A DNA stretch of 63,819 nt, the filler included, from an uncultured Methanoregulaceae archaeon (GTDB lineage: Archaea; Halobacteriota; Methanomicrobia; Methanomicrobiales; Methanospirillaceae), in NCBI GenBank assembly GCA_964530035.1. It is 3 parts of 3 records of this genome, joined end to end, with 100 filler letters (N's around TTAATTAATTAA, not from the genome) between each part and the next. Parts side by side here need not be neighbours in the genome. Positions count along the whole stretch, not along the records: positions 1 to 23,313 come from CAZGXZ010000016.1; positions 23,414 to 46,574 come from CAZGXZ010000017.1; 1 more part is not named here. The stretch is one strand, 5' to 3'. Of the stretch, positions 19,546 to 29,310 are shown one piece after another (position 1 is the stretch's first letter; each line of letters starts with the position of its first letter). The position numbers and the translations under genes were made by a program. The notes beneath the pieces were generated by a model, which did not search any database, was not told the DNA's origin, and was given only the letters and a program-made list of their open reading frames with translations.

Positions 19546-21381
19546 ATGAAAGAAATGTACCGCTGTGGATTATTGGTATTGATTCTGTTTTTCAGCTGGA
19601 TTGGTCCGGCCATTCCGGACACGTCTACCAATTACTGGGCACCAGGGGTAACAGATACGAACACTCATTCTGCAACCCTCAACTGGCGAGGGGAAAACAA
19701 TGGGTCATATTCAATAGATTACGCTAATTCGGGTTATTACAACCAGCATCAAAGGTTTGTAAAAACGATGGCATATCAGACCCCGTCCGTTCCTGATGCA
19801 GACACCATTGACTACTCGCCACTGAATACCGCGATAAAGCCCGCGTTCTATGCCAACTTCACCGCTGCACCCCTCTCCGGTTCTGTCCCGCTTTCGGTTG
19901 CCTTCACCGATTCTTCAGAGGGCGACCCTGACTTGTGGAACTACGACTTCGGCGATGGGCTCACTTCGAAAGCGAAGAATCCCATCCATTTCTATCGCAC
20001 TCCCGGAACCTATGCCGTTACCCTGACTGCTATAAAGATTGGGGGTGGCAGACTGGTAAGAAACACGACAGTGAAACCCGACCTGATCACCGTCAAGGGT
20101 ACGCCGGGGCCCGTTCTTGTCGCCAATTTCACCGCTGCACCCCTCTCCGGAAAAGCACCCCTGAGCGTCACCTTCGTTGACAATTCGACCGGGAAGCCTG
20201 ACTACTGGAACTATAACTTCGGTGACGGGACAACGTCCTCAGCCAAGAACCCGGCCCATACCTACCTGGTGCCCGGCACCTATACGATTACCCAGACGGT
20301 CATTAAAGTCAAAAACGGGAGGCTGTCAGGAAACACCACCACGAGACAGGACCTGATAGAAGTCTATCCACCTGGCGTTGGCTGGGCTATCGGCCAGGAT
20401 CAGGCTGGTACACCAGCCATTGTGCATACTGCTGACGGCGGCCGAACCTGGCAGGTGCAGGGTGACTTATCAGCCTGGCCGAACATGGAGGGTACTGATA
20501 TCAGTGCAGTAGATGACCTGACAGCATGGGCTGCCCTTGGTTCAGGCAATATGAGCGAAGCCCGGGGTGCCATCCTGCATACCACGGATGGAGGCAGCAC
20601 ATGGGTTGTGCAGCCCATTCCTGACAGACTTCTTGGAGGGATCAAGGGTATAAAAGGGCTGAGTAGCAACGAGGCCTGGGCAGCCTCACTTGGCGGCGTA
20701 CTCATGCATACCCTTAATGGGGGTAGTACATGGAACATTGTTCCACATCCAGAGGTGTACCTGTCCGAGGTCAATCGCATTGATGCTATGAGTGATGGAA
20801 ACGTGTGGATTGCCGACACCACCAGGTTGGATAATAACCGGTATATTATCCACTCGACCGACAAGGGGGATTCATGGCGAAAGGAACCCCTGGAAGGTGT
20901 TCCGCGGAATGGACAAACGTTTGCCGTCAGTGCGTATAGCCCGCAGGTAGTATGGAGCACCGTCAGACCATATACTGATATCTACCGGACCGTTGATGGT
21001 GGTACCACCTGGTTCAAGGTCGCCGCATCAGTAGATGGAAATAATGATTTCGATGATATCTGCGCATCCAGTGCGGAAACGGTCTGGGGAGTGCTGAATG
21101 AAATGCTTACAGGGGCAATCTACCGGGTCCATGTTGCAGAGAACGGCAGCGTCGTTAGCCAGGTATTCAGCCCTGCGGACACAGTCTATTCATACGAAGG
21201 TATCACGTGTCTGGATGATCGGAACATATGGGCCGTGGGTCGCCAATCGGCATATATCAAACCGGAATTACCGCTGGGTGTGATAATATATACGGTAGAC
21301 GGGGGCGAACACTGGGTGCAAGGGATCGGGCCTCCGGACATCAAATATTGGAAGGTATCCTTTGTTGGTGCGGGGAGGTAG
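19546..21381 (+). CDS. Secreted protein: two PKD domains plus a YCF48/BNR-repeat beta-propeller
   Basis: Signal peptide; two ANFTAAPLSG..PLSV.F...W.Y.FGDG...NP.H.Y..PGTY repeats; repeated (H/R)T.DGG.TW Asp-boxes. Confidence 0.88.
   Translation: MKEMYRCGLLVLILFFSWIGPAIPDTSTNYWAPGVTDTNTHSATLNWRGENNGSYSIDYANSGYYNQHQRFVKTMAYQTPSVPDADTIDYSPLNTAIKPAFYANFTAAPLSGSVPLSVAFTDSSEGDPDLWNYDFGDGLTSKAKNPIHFYRTPGTYAVTLTAIKIGGGRLVRNTTVKPDLITVKGTPGPVLVANFTAAPLSGKAPLSVTFVDNSTGKPDYWNYNFGDGTTSSAKNPAHTYLVPGTYTITQTVIKVKNGRLSGNTTTRQDLIEVYPPGVGWAIGQDQAGTPAIVHTADGGRTWQVQGDLSAWPNMEGTDISAVDDLTAWAALGSGNMSEARGAILHTTDGGSTWVVQPIPDRLLGGIKGIKGLSSNEAWAASLGGVLMHTLNGGSTWNIVPHPEVYLSEVNRIDAMSDGNVWIADTTRLDNNRYIIHSTDKGDSWRKEPLEGVPRNGQTFAVSAYSPQVVWSTVRPYTDIYRTVDGGTTWFKVAASVDGNNDFDDICASSAETVWGVLNEMLTGAIYRVHVAENGSVVSQVFSPADTVYSYEGITCLDDRNIWAVGRQSAYIKPELPLGVIIYTVDGGEHWVQGIGPPDIKYWKVSFVGAGR
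19852..20365 (+). repeat. Intragenic tandem duplication (two PKD units, 270-bp period)
   Basis: GCCAAYTTCACCGCTGCACCCCTCTCCGG at 19852 and 20122. Confidence 0.85.
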
Positions 21382-21734
21382 TCTTTCCGGGCAGTTTCCG
21401 GCAACATGTCTGCCGGGGGATCTGCCCATTTCAGCCTGTTCTTCTCCATCCCTACCCATTTCAGCCTCTACAGGCCGCGGAGGACGGGGCCTGAATCAGC
21501 TGCAGGAAGTGGGGGAAAACTACCCTGCCCATGTGGCGGGGAGTAGGCAGGATACACATTCGAATAGGATGACCGAAATTCCACCTGGATGATACTTCCC
21601 GTTTGCCATCCGCTTTCCATCATTCAGAGCCTGGTTCAGGTTGGAACAATTTTTCCCCTGAAACTCAGGGCAGAGAATGAGACTGAAAATATTATTCTTG
21701 AAGCCCGATGCCTCAAAATCGATGATATCGGCTG

Positions 21735-22424
21735 CTATTCTTTGGCAGAGTCCAGCATCACTCTGTAAAACTCGTCAGGCATGTCAGCCATTGGCATGTG
21801 CGATGCAGGCATCTCAATAAAGGTCCAGTCCCTTCCTCCGGGGGTAATTCTCTTTCTGGCGACACCGGCACCTATCAAGGAGGAAAACTTGCTTTTTGTG
21901 CAGAGAATAAATGTTTTCGGCAACGACTCAATTGTTCGCGGGTCATATTGCAGCTTTTCCAGGAAAGGCGGGGCTGTTCCCAGGAGAGTAAATGAAGCGG
22001 GGTCGAAACCGCAGGAGACAATGAGGTCAAATAATGATTGTCCTGGATCAGGTAATGCAGCATCGATATACACCAAGCGGCGGATTCTCTCAGGTATTCT
22101 GGCTGCAACACCGGTTATTACCATCCCGCCATAGCTGTGACCGGCTAAAATTACGTCTTTAAGATCATTTTCGGTTATCAATGTACAAATTTGCTCAATA
22201 TGCTCAGTCAGATTGCTGCTGTGTTCGTCCCTGAGTGTTGGCGCAAAAGCGCGGTAATTATGTGCCTTGAGAGCAGAAACGGTTCCATCCCAATATTTGC
22301 CGCCCAGATGGCCGTCGTCTGTATGAATGGGATCTCCGACGGTAAGTTTGTTCCAGGTTTCTGTAGACATATTGTGACCGTGAACAAGAACGAAGGTTGC
22401 CATATGAGTCATCCTCATTGCCAT
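21735..22424 (-). CDS. Alpha/beta hydrolase (esterase-like)
   Basis: FVLVHG, GHSYGG nucleophile elbow, YIDA, ASHMPM catalytic His. Start may be 22403. Confidence 0.9.
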   Translation of the reverse strand: MAMRMTHMATFVLVHGHNMSTETWNKLTVGDPIHTDDGHLGGKYWDGTVSALKAHNYRAFAPTLRDEHSSNLTEHIEQICTLITENDLKDVILAGHSYGGMVITGVAARIPERIRRLVYIDAALPDPGQSLFDLIVSCGFDPASFTLLGTAPPFLEKLQYDPRTIESLPKTFILCTKSKFSSLIGAGVARKRITPGGRDWTFIEMPASHMPMADMPDEFYRVMLDSAKE

Positions 22425-22554
22425 TCTGCCACGTTACCCATTATTTTTTCCGAAGCATTCCCATTTTATGGTGTTGCAATCAGGAAAGATTCTTGAGCAG
22501 ATGAAAAAGAGAAATGGGCATATTCTATCCTCCAAGGAAGGGTTATCAGATTGT

Positions 22555-23067
22555 TCAGGTATTTCCCGGTCCTTCTTCATTTTTCCGTGCCTCATTTATC
22601 TCATCGCGTTTCTTTGACGCTTCCTCAAAGAGTCTCTCGAGGGCTTTTAAGTTCTTATAAAATTCTTCCATATTCGTTTCCTTTCCTGCAACAGCAGGTG
22701 GTTTATAGGGTATTTTTCCGACAGCGGAAAAATCGTCCTCCGAGATCAGGGCACAGAATTTTCTACCAATTTCTGGCTCGATAATTTTATCCATCGGGTT
22801 CTCTCCCCGATATGCAACATCGATATCAAGCGCGTCCTTGAGCTGTTCAAGCGTAGTTGTGGCAAAACCCAGGACTATTATCTCCCTCGGATCAAACACA
22901 TTGATCAGAGTAACCATCCTGTTGCTCCCCCCTTTTTCCTTTCCCTCGACTCCGAAGCCAGTGGTATGGTACCAAGCCTTGCGGAAATCATCATAACTCT
23001 TGCCTTCTTTCAACCTCCTGGTTAGGATCGCGACAGTAGTGATGAACTTGTTGTTTTCATCTTTCAT
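22555..23067 (-). CDS. Hypothetical protein (possible dimeric alpha+beta barrel)
   Basis: 170-aa ORF with protein-like composition; RRLKEGKSYDDFRKAW resembles EthD/Dabb-type N-termini (weak). Confidence 0.7.
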   Translation of the reverse strand: MKDENNKFITTVAILTRRLKEGKSYDDFRKAWYHTTGFGVEGKEKGGSNRMVTLINVFDPREIIVLGFATTTLEQLKDALDIDVAYRGENPMDKIIEPEIGRKFCALISEDDFSAVGKIPYKPPAVAGKETNMEEFYKNLKALERLFEEASKKRDEINEARKNEEGPGNT

Positions 23068-23313
23068 AAAATTCCAGTATAAACAAGTGATATTTGAAGT
23101 TGCCTATCAAACAACGGCCTCGACTATGACGATATCCTTGTAATTCAGGGCCATCGCCAGGATGGTTCTGGATCGCTCATCCCAGGTGGAACTCGGGACC
23201 CGCATGTAATCTCTGCCTTGTTATGTGTGAAGGGGATGAAAAATAAAGGCTTGAAATTCATTAATATTCTGATTTAGCCAATTAAAATAGAGAAAATAAT
23301 AATTAGTGCGAGG

Positions 23314-23413
23314 NNNNNNNNNNNNNNNNNNNNNNNNNNNNNNNNNNNNNNNNNNNNTTAATTAATTAANNNNNNNNNNNNNNNNNNNNNNNNNNNNNNN
23401 NNNNNNNNNNNNN
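23314..23413. other. Artificial contig linker / assembly gap
   Basis: 44 N + TTAATTAATTAA (stops in all six frames) + 44 N. Confidence 0.97.
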
Positions 23414-23543
23414 GCTGCGTCGGTAATGGTATAGGGCCAGCCAGATTCACGCCGGTGCGTTCCGCAATCTCACGTATCCGGTCGCAGACCATCTCGACCT
23501 TCTTATAATCCGTGCCTGTAAGGCGTATTCTGGCTTTCTGCAT
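23414..23543 (-). CDS. rpsJ: 30S ribosomal protein S10 (uS10), truncated by the gap
   Basis: [12 protein letters not shown]...[16 protein letters not shown]; directly downstream of EF-1alpha. Confidence 0.95.
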
Positions 23544-23562
23544 CAGGACCACCGATCAGGAC

Positions 23563-24840
23563 TTATCTCATCTGCTTGGGCTTGATTCCGATACACATGC
23601 CCGCTGCAATCGTGGACCCCATATCCCGTATGGCAAAGCGCCCGAGCTGCGGGAGTTCCTTCACGTTTTCGATGACCATTGGTTTTGTCGGCTTGATGAG
23701 GACGATTGCCGCATCCCCCGTTTTCAGGAACGTCGGGTTCTCTTCTTTCGTCTGGCCGCTCCGCGGGTCCATCTTCTTCTGGAGCTCGATGAACGTGCAG
23801 GCTATCTGGCTCGTGTGGCAGTGGAAGACGGGCGTGTATCCCACGGTGATAGCGCTCGGGTGCTGGAGCACGACGATCTGGGCCGTGAACTCGTCGGCAA
23901 CCGTCGGGGGTACATCAGCGGGACCACAGACATCGCCCCTGCGGATGTCATCCTTGCCGACACCACGGACGTTGAACCCGATGTTGTCTCCGGGAAGCGC
24001 CTGGGGAATTTCCTCGTGGTGCATCTCGATAGACTTGATTTCTCCTTCCTTGTTGGCCGGCATGAAGGCGACTTTCATCCCTTTCTTCATGACGCCGGTC
24101 TCGACCCTGCCGACCGGGACGGTCCCGATACCGCTGATCGAGTAGACGTCCTGGAGCGGGACGCGGAGAGGCTTGTCGGTTGGTTTTTCAGGTTCTTTCA
24201 GCGTGTCAAGGGCTTCGAGGAGTGTCGGACCGGTGTACCACGGGGTCTCGGTCGATTTCTTCGCGATGTTGACACCGGCAAGTGAGCTGATCGGGATGAA
24301 ATGGGTCTCTTCTGCCTTGTAGCCGACCATCTTCATGAGTCCCGATACGGCTTCCTTGACCTCCTTGTACCGCTTTTCATCGTACTTGACGGCATCCATC
24401 TTGTTTACCGCAATGATAAGCTGGTTGATCCCAAGAGTACGGGAAAGGAATACATGTTCCTTGGTCTGCTCCATGACACCATCGGGTGCGGCAACCACGA
24501 GGACCGCGGCATCGGCCTGGGAGGCACCGGTGATCATGTTCTTGACGAAGTCACGGTGACCCGGGCAGTCGACGACTGTGAAGTAGAACTTGGGGGTGTC
24601 GAACCGCTTGTGCGCAATATCGATGGTGATACCACGCTCACGCTCCTCCTTGAGGTTGTCCATGACCCATGCGAACTCGAAGGTCGCCTTGCCTTTCGAT
24701 TCCGCTTCCTTCCTGTATCCTTCGATGATGTGGGCGGGGACGGTCCCGGTTTCAAACATCAGTCTTCCGACAGTGGTGGACTTACCGTGGTCGATGTGTC
24801 CGATGACGGCAAGATTCATGTGGGGCTTCTCAGCTGCCAT
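23563..24840 (-). CDS. tuf: Translation elongation factor EF-1 alpha
   Basis: [40 protein letters not shown]. Confidence 0.99.
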   Translation of the reverse strand: MAAEKPHMNLAVIGHIDHGKSTTVGRLMFETGTVPAHIIEGYRKEAESKGKATFEFAWVMDNLKEERERGITIDIAHKRFDTPKFYFTVVDCPGHRDFVKNMITGASQADAAVLVVAAPDGVMEQTKEHVFLSRTLGINQLIIAVNKMDAVKYDEKRYKEVKEAVSGLMKMVGYKAEETHFIPISSLAGVNIAKKSTETPWYTGPTLLEALDTLKEPEKPTDKPLRVPLQDVYSISGIGTVPVGRVETGVMKKGMKVAFMPANKEGEIKSIEMHHEEIPQALPGDNIGFNVRGVGKDDIRRGDVCGPADVPPTVADEFTAQIVVLQHPSAITVGYTPVFHCHTSQIACTFIELQKKMDPRSGQTKEENPTFLKTGDAAIVLIKPTKPMVIENVKELPQLGRFAIRDMGSTIAAGMCIGIKPKQMR

Positions 24841-25017
24841 TGTACGCTAAAACCTCCGCAGCATAACGACTGTTCAGCACAGCCTATTTATGCGAGTATT
24901 ACATATTGGAAAGTATTCTATATTAATCGTTTCGTTGACCATTTCGGCAGTAACAGCCAGATTCCTTAAAAAAACCATCAAAGTGATAATGTTTCCCCAT
25001 GAATATTCTGATCTACC

Positions 25018-25338
25018 ATGAAGACTCTTGCGATTCACCGTGCTGAGGGCAGCGACCGGGCAACCGTCACCTGCGATGACGGGGAGGTTTCCACGCATGT
25101 CAAATGTGCCTATTGCATCCATTGCAGGGGCATCCGGGTTGGTGCAAGGGTTTTCCCGCCCCCCCAGGAGCAGGCATCAAAGAACATATCGAAAGGAGTC
25201 TCCTCGGACGAGGAACTCATGAATGCGCAGATGATGTTCAACACCCTTATGACGACGGCATCGGGCATTGACTGTGACGATGACCGTGGCGAGGGCTTCC
25301 GGTCAAGGCACTGGTCCCGGGAGCAGCCTAGGCGCTGA
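25018..25338 (+). CDS. Hypothetical Cys-containing protein
   Basis: 106 aa with CAYCIHC and a C-terminal CDDD; divergent from tuf. Confidence 0.7.
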   Translation: MKTLAIHRAEGSDRATVTCDDGEVSTHVKCAYCIHCRGIRVGARVFPPPQEQASKNISKGVSSDEELMNAQMMFNTLMTTASGIDCDDDRGEGFRSRHWSREQPRR

Positions 25339-26218
25339 AACCCGGCTTCTCTTCCTTCTGCCTGTCCAATCCTGCGAGGACTTCCTCACGGAACGCATCG
25401 AACCTGATGTCGTCCAGCTGGTCGGAGAGGAGCCTTCCCGACCATGCGCGCCGGTAGACCCACTGGATTATCTTCTCAACGGTTTCGATAACTGTCCCCT
25501 CGTCATCAAGGACCGCGAGGCTCCTGCCAACCTTCGGGTGACGGCCCCGTCGGCCTCCGACGGTCACAAGGTACTGGGGGCCCCTGGTTTTCAACGTCCC
25601 AAAGGGACATGACATGAGACAGTTGCCGCACTTCATGCAGCGTTCCGTGTCCAGAACGGAAATGCCGTTCCTAATCCTGATAGCGTCCTCCCTGCAGTAT
25701 TCCATGCAGGTCCCGCACCCGGTGCATAGTCCGGCGGTCCTGATCGGTTCACGGATGCCGATGATCCCGATTTCGTTCAGCATCGGGCTCGTACATGCAT
25801 TGGGACAGCCCGAAAGGGAGATCCGTATCTTGACCGGCATCTCCCTGCCGAAGAGGCGGGCGTCCAGGTCGCGGGCCAGGGATATCGTATCGATATTTGC
25901 GTATTTGCAGCGTTCATATCCGGGACAGCAGACGATATTGACAATCTCATCCTTTTCAGACCCCACCGGGGTATCGTTTGCCACGAGGTCCCGGGCCAGG
26001 GGTTCGAGCCGCACCGGGTCAACATGAGGGATCTCCACCGTCTGCCGGGTGGTGATATGGACGTACCCTTTTCCATATGCATCGGCAATGTCGGCCAGCC
26101 CGCGTAACTGGGCCGGGGTGAGATTTCCGGCGGGGATACGTGTCCTGACCGTGCAGAAGTCGTAGTCCCGCTCGGTGATGACACCCCCTTTCATGTGAAT
26201 GCCCGTGTCCTTGATCAT
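25328..26218 (-). CDS. Nitrite/sulfite reductase-like protein (Dsr-LP / AsrC-like) with ferredoxin domain
   Basis: RTRIPAG, HITTRQ, CPGYERC...SGCPNAC (siroheme-FeS motif), CTGCGTCMEYC and CMKCGNCLMSC, VGGRRGRHP. Confidence 0.88.
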   Translation of the reverse strand: MIKDTGIHMKGGVITERDYDFCTVRTRIPAGNLTPAQLRGLADIADAYGKGYVHITTRQTVEIPHVDPVRLEPLARDLVANDTPVGSEKDEIVNIVCCPGYERCKYANIDTISLARDLDARLFGREMPVKIRISLSGCPNACTSPMLNEIGIIGIREPIRTAGLCTGCGTCMEYCREDAIRIRNGISVLDTERCMKCGNCLMSCPFGTLKTRGPQYLVTVGGRRGRHPKVGRSLAVLDDEGTVIETVEKIIQWVYRRAWSGRLLSDQLDDIRFDAFREEVLAGLDRQKEEKPGFSA

Positions 26219-26258
26219 CGGCTGGAATATCGGCTAACCACAGCAAAAAAACCGTTGA

Positions 26259-26993
26259 TCAGCTCACCAACGCTGCAACGACAAGCACGACCGCACGCGT
26301 GACCTCGCACGAGGCACCGGTGATGTCGCCGTTCACCCCGCCGAAGACACGCCGTCCGAGAAGGAGCATCCCACAGGGCACGGCGAGCATGACGAGGAAC
26401 ACTGCCAGGACAAAGTAGGGAGTGCCGTGGGAGAGGTAACGGAACAGCACCAGCGGGAGACAGAGGATAAAGGCATACAGGCCGAACTGCGGCCGCGCGA
26501 ACGTGTGGATGGAGGAGTGGATCCCCTCCGTGAAGGGCCTGCCGTATGCTGAAAGGAACGCCATCGAGAACCTGCCGGCCACCTCTGCGGCAAGGATGGC
26601 AAATGCTGGATAGGGACATGAGGCAAGTCCGGCAATGGCCAGGGCGACCGTAATGATACCGGCGGAAATGCCGCCGGCCCCTATCGTCCGGTCCGTGAGC
26701 GCAGCCACCCGTTTCGTCCTGTCACCATGGGCCATGAGGCCGTCCCCGAGGTCGAGGAGACCGTCGAAGTGGTTGCAGCCGGAAAGGATGAGCACGGCTG
26801 CTATTCCCAGGACCGCCCCTATCAGGGGTTTGTCAGGGAAGACCAGGATGACCGCTGCTGCTATTCCCCCGGTAACATACCCTGCCAGAGGATAGGTGTA
26901 TGAATGCCGGCAGAAGGCTTCGAACGGAGCCGGCCTTCCAAGAGGGAGGATGGTCGTAAACTGCAGCATCGCCCGAACCGGATCCGCCCACAT
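26259..26993 (-). CDS. cobS: Adenosylcobinamide-GDP ribazoletransferase (cobalamin synthase)
   Basis: LQFTTILP, GCNHFDGLLDLGDG, D.TIGAGG, FGGVNGDITGA. Start uncertain (26993 or 27068). Confidence 0.93.
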   Translation of the reverse strand: MWADPVRAMLQFTTILPLGRPAPFEAFCRHSYTYPLAGYVTGGIAAAVILVFPDKPLIGAVLGIAAVLILSGCNHFDGLLDLGDGLMAHGDRTKRVAALTDRTIGAGGISAGIITVALAIAGLASCPYPAFAILAAEVAGRFSMAFLSAYGRPFTEGIHSSIHTFARPQFGLYAFILCLPLVLFRYLSHGTPYFVLAVFLVMLAVPCGMLLLGRRVFGGVNGDITGASCEVTRAVVLVVAALVS

Positions 26994-27122
26994 GGGTTCA
27001 TTCACACCCTGGCAGTACTGTCTCCCGCGGCCCTCGATAATCCTACCGGGTTGTCCCATATCCCGCATGGGATGTGGATATCTTGATGACCGGCCCCGGG
27101 CTTACACTATACTGATAAATCC

Positions 27123-28133
27123 ATGTCCTTTCTTTCGGGGACACCCGGGGAACCACCGAAACATCCCCTGTTTGGTGCAGTCCTCGCAAATACCCTTCTC
27201 TCAACCATCCCCGGGTTGTCCGGGGCGGGTCCGACCCCTGAAAAAACCCTCCTGACTCCTGTCCTGGACTCAGAACTGATCATCAGGGGGAAGATTACAA
27301 GCCAGCCGGTGCGACCGAACACCCCGACGGGATGCCCGACTCCGGCCACGATTACCCGGGCCATGATGGAACTGACCGGCATAAACCCGCTTTTCATCAA
27401 TGCAGGTCTGGTCCACCCGCCGACCGTGCCTACCTTCGATCTCGGCGGTATGCCCGGAAACGACCCGCGGAAAGGGGACGCGGTCCCGAAAGCCCGCCAT
27501 CTTTTTGAGGAGGGCCAGTGGCTGGGCCGGTTCCTGTCCCACCATACCGACCTCTTCGTCCTCGGCGAGTGCGTACCAGGGGGCACGACCACCGCCCTGT
27601 GCGTTCTCCGGGGGCTTGGCATCGATGCCCGTGTAAGCAGCAGCTTTGCCCGGAACCCTGTGAATATCAAGGAGGAGGTGAGCCGGGCCGTCCTCGCCCG
27701 TATTGAAACGGAAGGGATCACCGCCCCCCTGGATGTTCTCAGGGCAGCCGGCGACCCGATGATGCCCGTTGCGGCAGGGATTGCATCGACCTTCGACGGG
27801 CGTCTGGTCCTTGCGGGGGGTACCCAGATGCTGGCTGTCGCGGCTTCGGTCAGGGCGCTTGGTTTTGAGCCGCCGGAAATAGTGACGACCCGGTACGTGC
27901 ACGACGACCATTCTGCGAATGTACCGGAGATCGCCCGTGCGACGGGCTGCCGCGTCCTGTATGTGGACCCGGGTTTTGGTGAACTCGGGCATTCAGGCCT
28001 CGCCAGGTACTGCATCGGGGAGGTGAAGGAGGGAATGGGAGCCGGGGGCTCCATGTTCCTCGCAAACCTGATGGGCCACCATCCAGACGAAATTCGGTCA
28101 AAAGTCTTTGAATCGGTGAGCAATTACAGTTGA
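27123..28133 (+). CDS. cobT: Archaeal-type nicotinate-nucleotide:base phosphoribosyltransferase (UPF0284/CobT)
   Basis: IPGLSGAG, TPATIT, GECVPGGTTTA, LAGGTQM, VKEGMGAGG; divergent from cobS. Confidence 0.9.
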   Translation: MSFLSGTPGEPPKHPLFGAVLANTLLSTIPGLSGAGPTPEKTLLTPVLDSELIIRGKITSQPVRPNTPTGCPTPATITRAMMELTGINPLFINAGLVHPPTVPTFDLGGMPGNDPRKGDAVPKARHLFEEGQWLGRFLSHHTDLFVLGECVPGGTTTALCVLRGLGIDARVSSSFARNPVNIKEEVSRAVLARIETEGITAPLDVLRAAGDPMMPVAAGIASTFDGRLVLAGGTQMLAVAASVRALGFEPPEIVTTRYVHDDHSANVPEIARATGCRVLYVDPGFGELGHSGLARYCIGEVKEGMGAGGSMFLANLMGHHPDEIRSKVFESVSNYS

Positions 28134-28193
28134 GGCTGCAGCGGGCCCGCCTGACAGCATTAATGACATAGAAACAAATAAACGCTTAAGGAG

Positions 28194-28754
28194 ATGCGGC
28201 CCCTCTTCGTCATCAATAATTTCGGCCAGTTCAACCACCTCATCCTCAGAATGCTCAGGGACCTTGAGATCGAAGCCCGCATGGTCCCGAACTCGACTCC
28301 TCCCGGGACCCTTGCAGAGGAGTGCCGGGGTATCATCCTGGGAGGCGGCCCCGATATCGGGAGGAAGGGAAACTGCAGTGAATACCTCATGCTCGGCCTC
28401 CCTGTCCTCGGGATCTGTCTTGGCCACCACATCATCGCCTCGACCCTCGGAGGGGAGGTCCGCCAGGGCAAAGCAGGAGGCTACGGGGCTGTGGAGGTCA
28501 GGGTTTCCGAACATGACGATATCCTCTCCGGTTACCCGGACACCATGAATGTCTGGGCATCCCATGCTGATGAAGTGACGCGGCTCCCTGATGGTTTTAC
28601 CCCGCTGGCCTCGTCGGGCATCTGTGCCATCGAGGCCATGGCGGACACGAAAAGGAAAATGTTCGGCCTCCAGTGGCACCCGGAGGTGAGCCATAGTGTC
28701 GACGGTCGCAGGGTGTACGAAAACTTTGACCGGATCTGCCGCGAAGAGGCGTGA
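28194..28754 (+). CDS. guaAA: GMP synthase glutamine amidotransferase subunit A
   Basis: NNFGQFNHLI, LGICLGH, SHADEV, GLQWHPEV. Confidence 0.95.
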   Translation: MRPLFVINNFGQFNHLILRMLRDLEIEARMVPNSTPPGTLAEECRGIILGGGPDIGRKGNCSEYLMLGLPVLGICLGHHIIASTLGGEVRQGKAGGYGAVEVRVSEHDDILSGYPDTMNVWASHADEVTRLPDGFTPLASSGICAIEAMADTKRKMFGLQWHPEVSHSVDGRRVYENFDRICREEA

Positions 28755-29310
28755 ACAGGCCCGGGATACCCTGAACGCCCTCCCTCTTGCAGGATACCTG
28801 GAAAGGGCCGGGTTTTCGTGCACGGGCTGCGGTTCGTGCTGCGGCGATGACGGTGATGAACGCTGGGCCGTGTTCCTCTCTGACCTTGAACTGCGCCGAA
28901 TAGAGGCTGCAATCTCAAAATCACGCGAGTCCTTTGCCGAGCCCTACCATGAAACGGTCCCTCTTGGCAGGGGTACCGTAGGCACGTTTGGCTGGTCGCT
29001 CATGAAAAAAGACGGGCATTGTTGTTTCTATAACGGCAATGGCTGTTTGATATACCCGTTCAGGCCATGGATCTGCCGGACATACCCGTTTTCCCTGTCA
29101 GACAGGGGACCGTCCTGCGACCTCTGTCCCGGCACAGGCACCCGGATGAGCCGGGGAGCCGCCCTCTCCCTGGCGTTCGGACTGGTCCGAAGGCTTCGCG
29201 AGGAGGATGCAGAAGCTGATGCAATCAAGGAAGTTCTCAACATGAATATTCTGCCAGATAATTCAAGGGTGCTCATCGACAGCACGGGGGTAAGGGTCCT
29301 CCATGGGTGA
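28696..29310 (+). CDS. YkgJ/UPF0153 cysteine-cluster protein
   Basis: FSCTGCGSCC...C.F....CLIYPFRPWICRTYPF...CPG. Start uncertain. Confidence 0.88.
   Translation: MSTVAGCTKTLTGSAAKRREQARDTLNALPLAGYLERAGFSCTGCGSCCGDDGDERWAVFLSDLELRRIEAAISKSRESFAEPYHETVPLGRGTVGTFGWSLMKKDGHCCFYNGNGCLIYPFRPWICRTYPFSLSDRGPSCDLCPGTGTRMSRGAALSLAFGLVRRLREEDAEADAIKEVLNMNILPDNSRVLIDSTGVRVLHG

Noticed and set aside
23314..23413. TTAATTAATTAA palindrome inside N runs (also at 46575-46674)
   Set aside because: Artificial six-frame-stop contig linker. The rpsJ and flavodoxin truncations are assembly effects, not pseudogenes.
23563..25338. tuf-rpsJ without upstream fusA/rpsG
   Set aside because: From recall, a split str operon occurs in other Methanomicrobiales, so it is not treated as novel (not verified here).
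27107..28123. Long antisense ORFs (for example 27107..28123, 33241..34350, 43465..44556)
   Set aside because: Shadow ORFs opposite well-supported genes, expected in GC-rich coding DNA.
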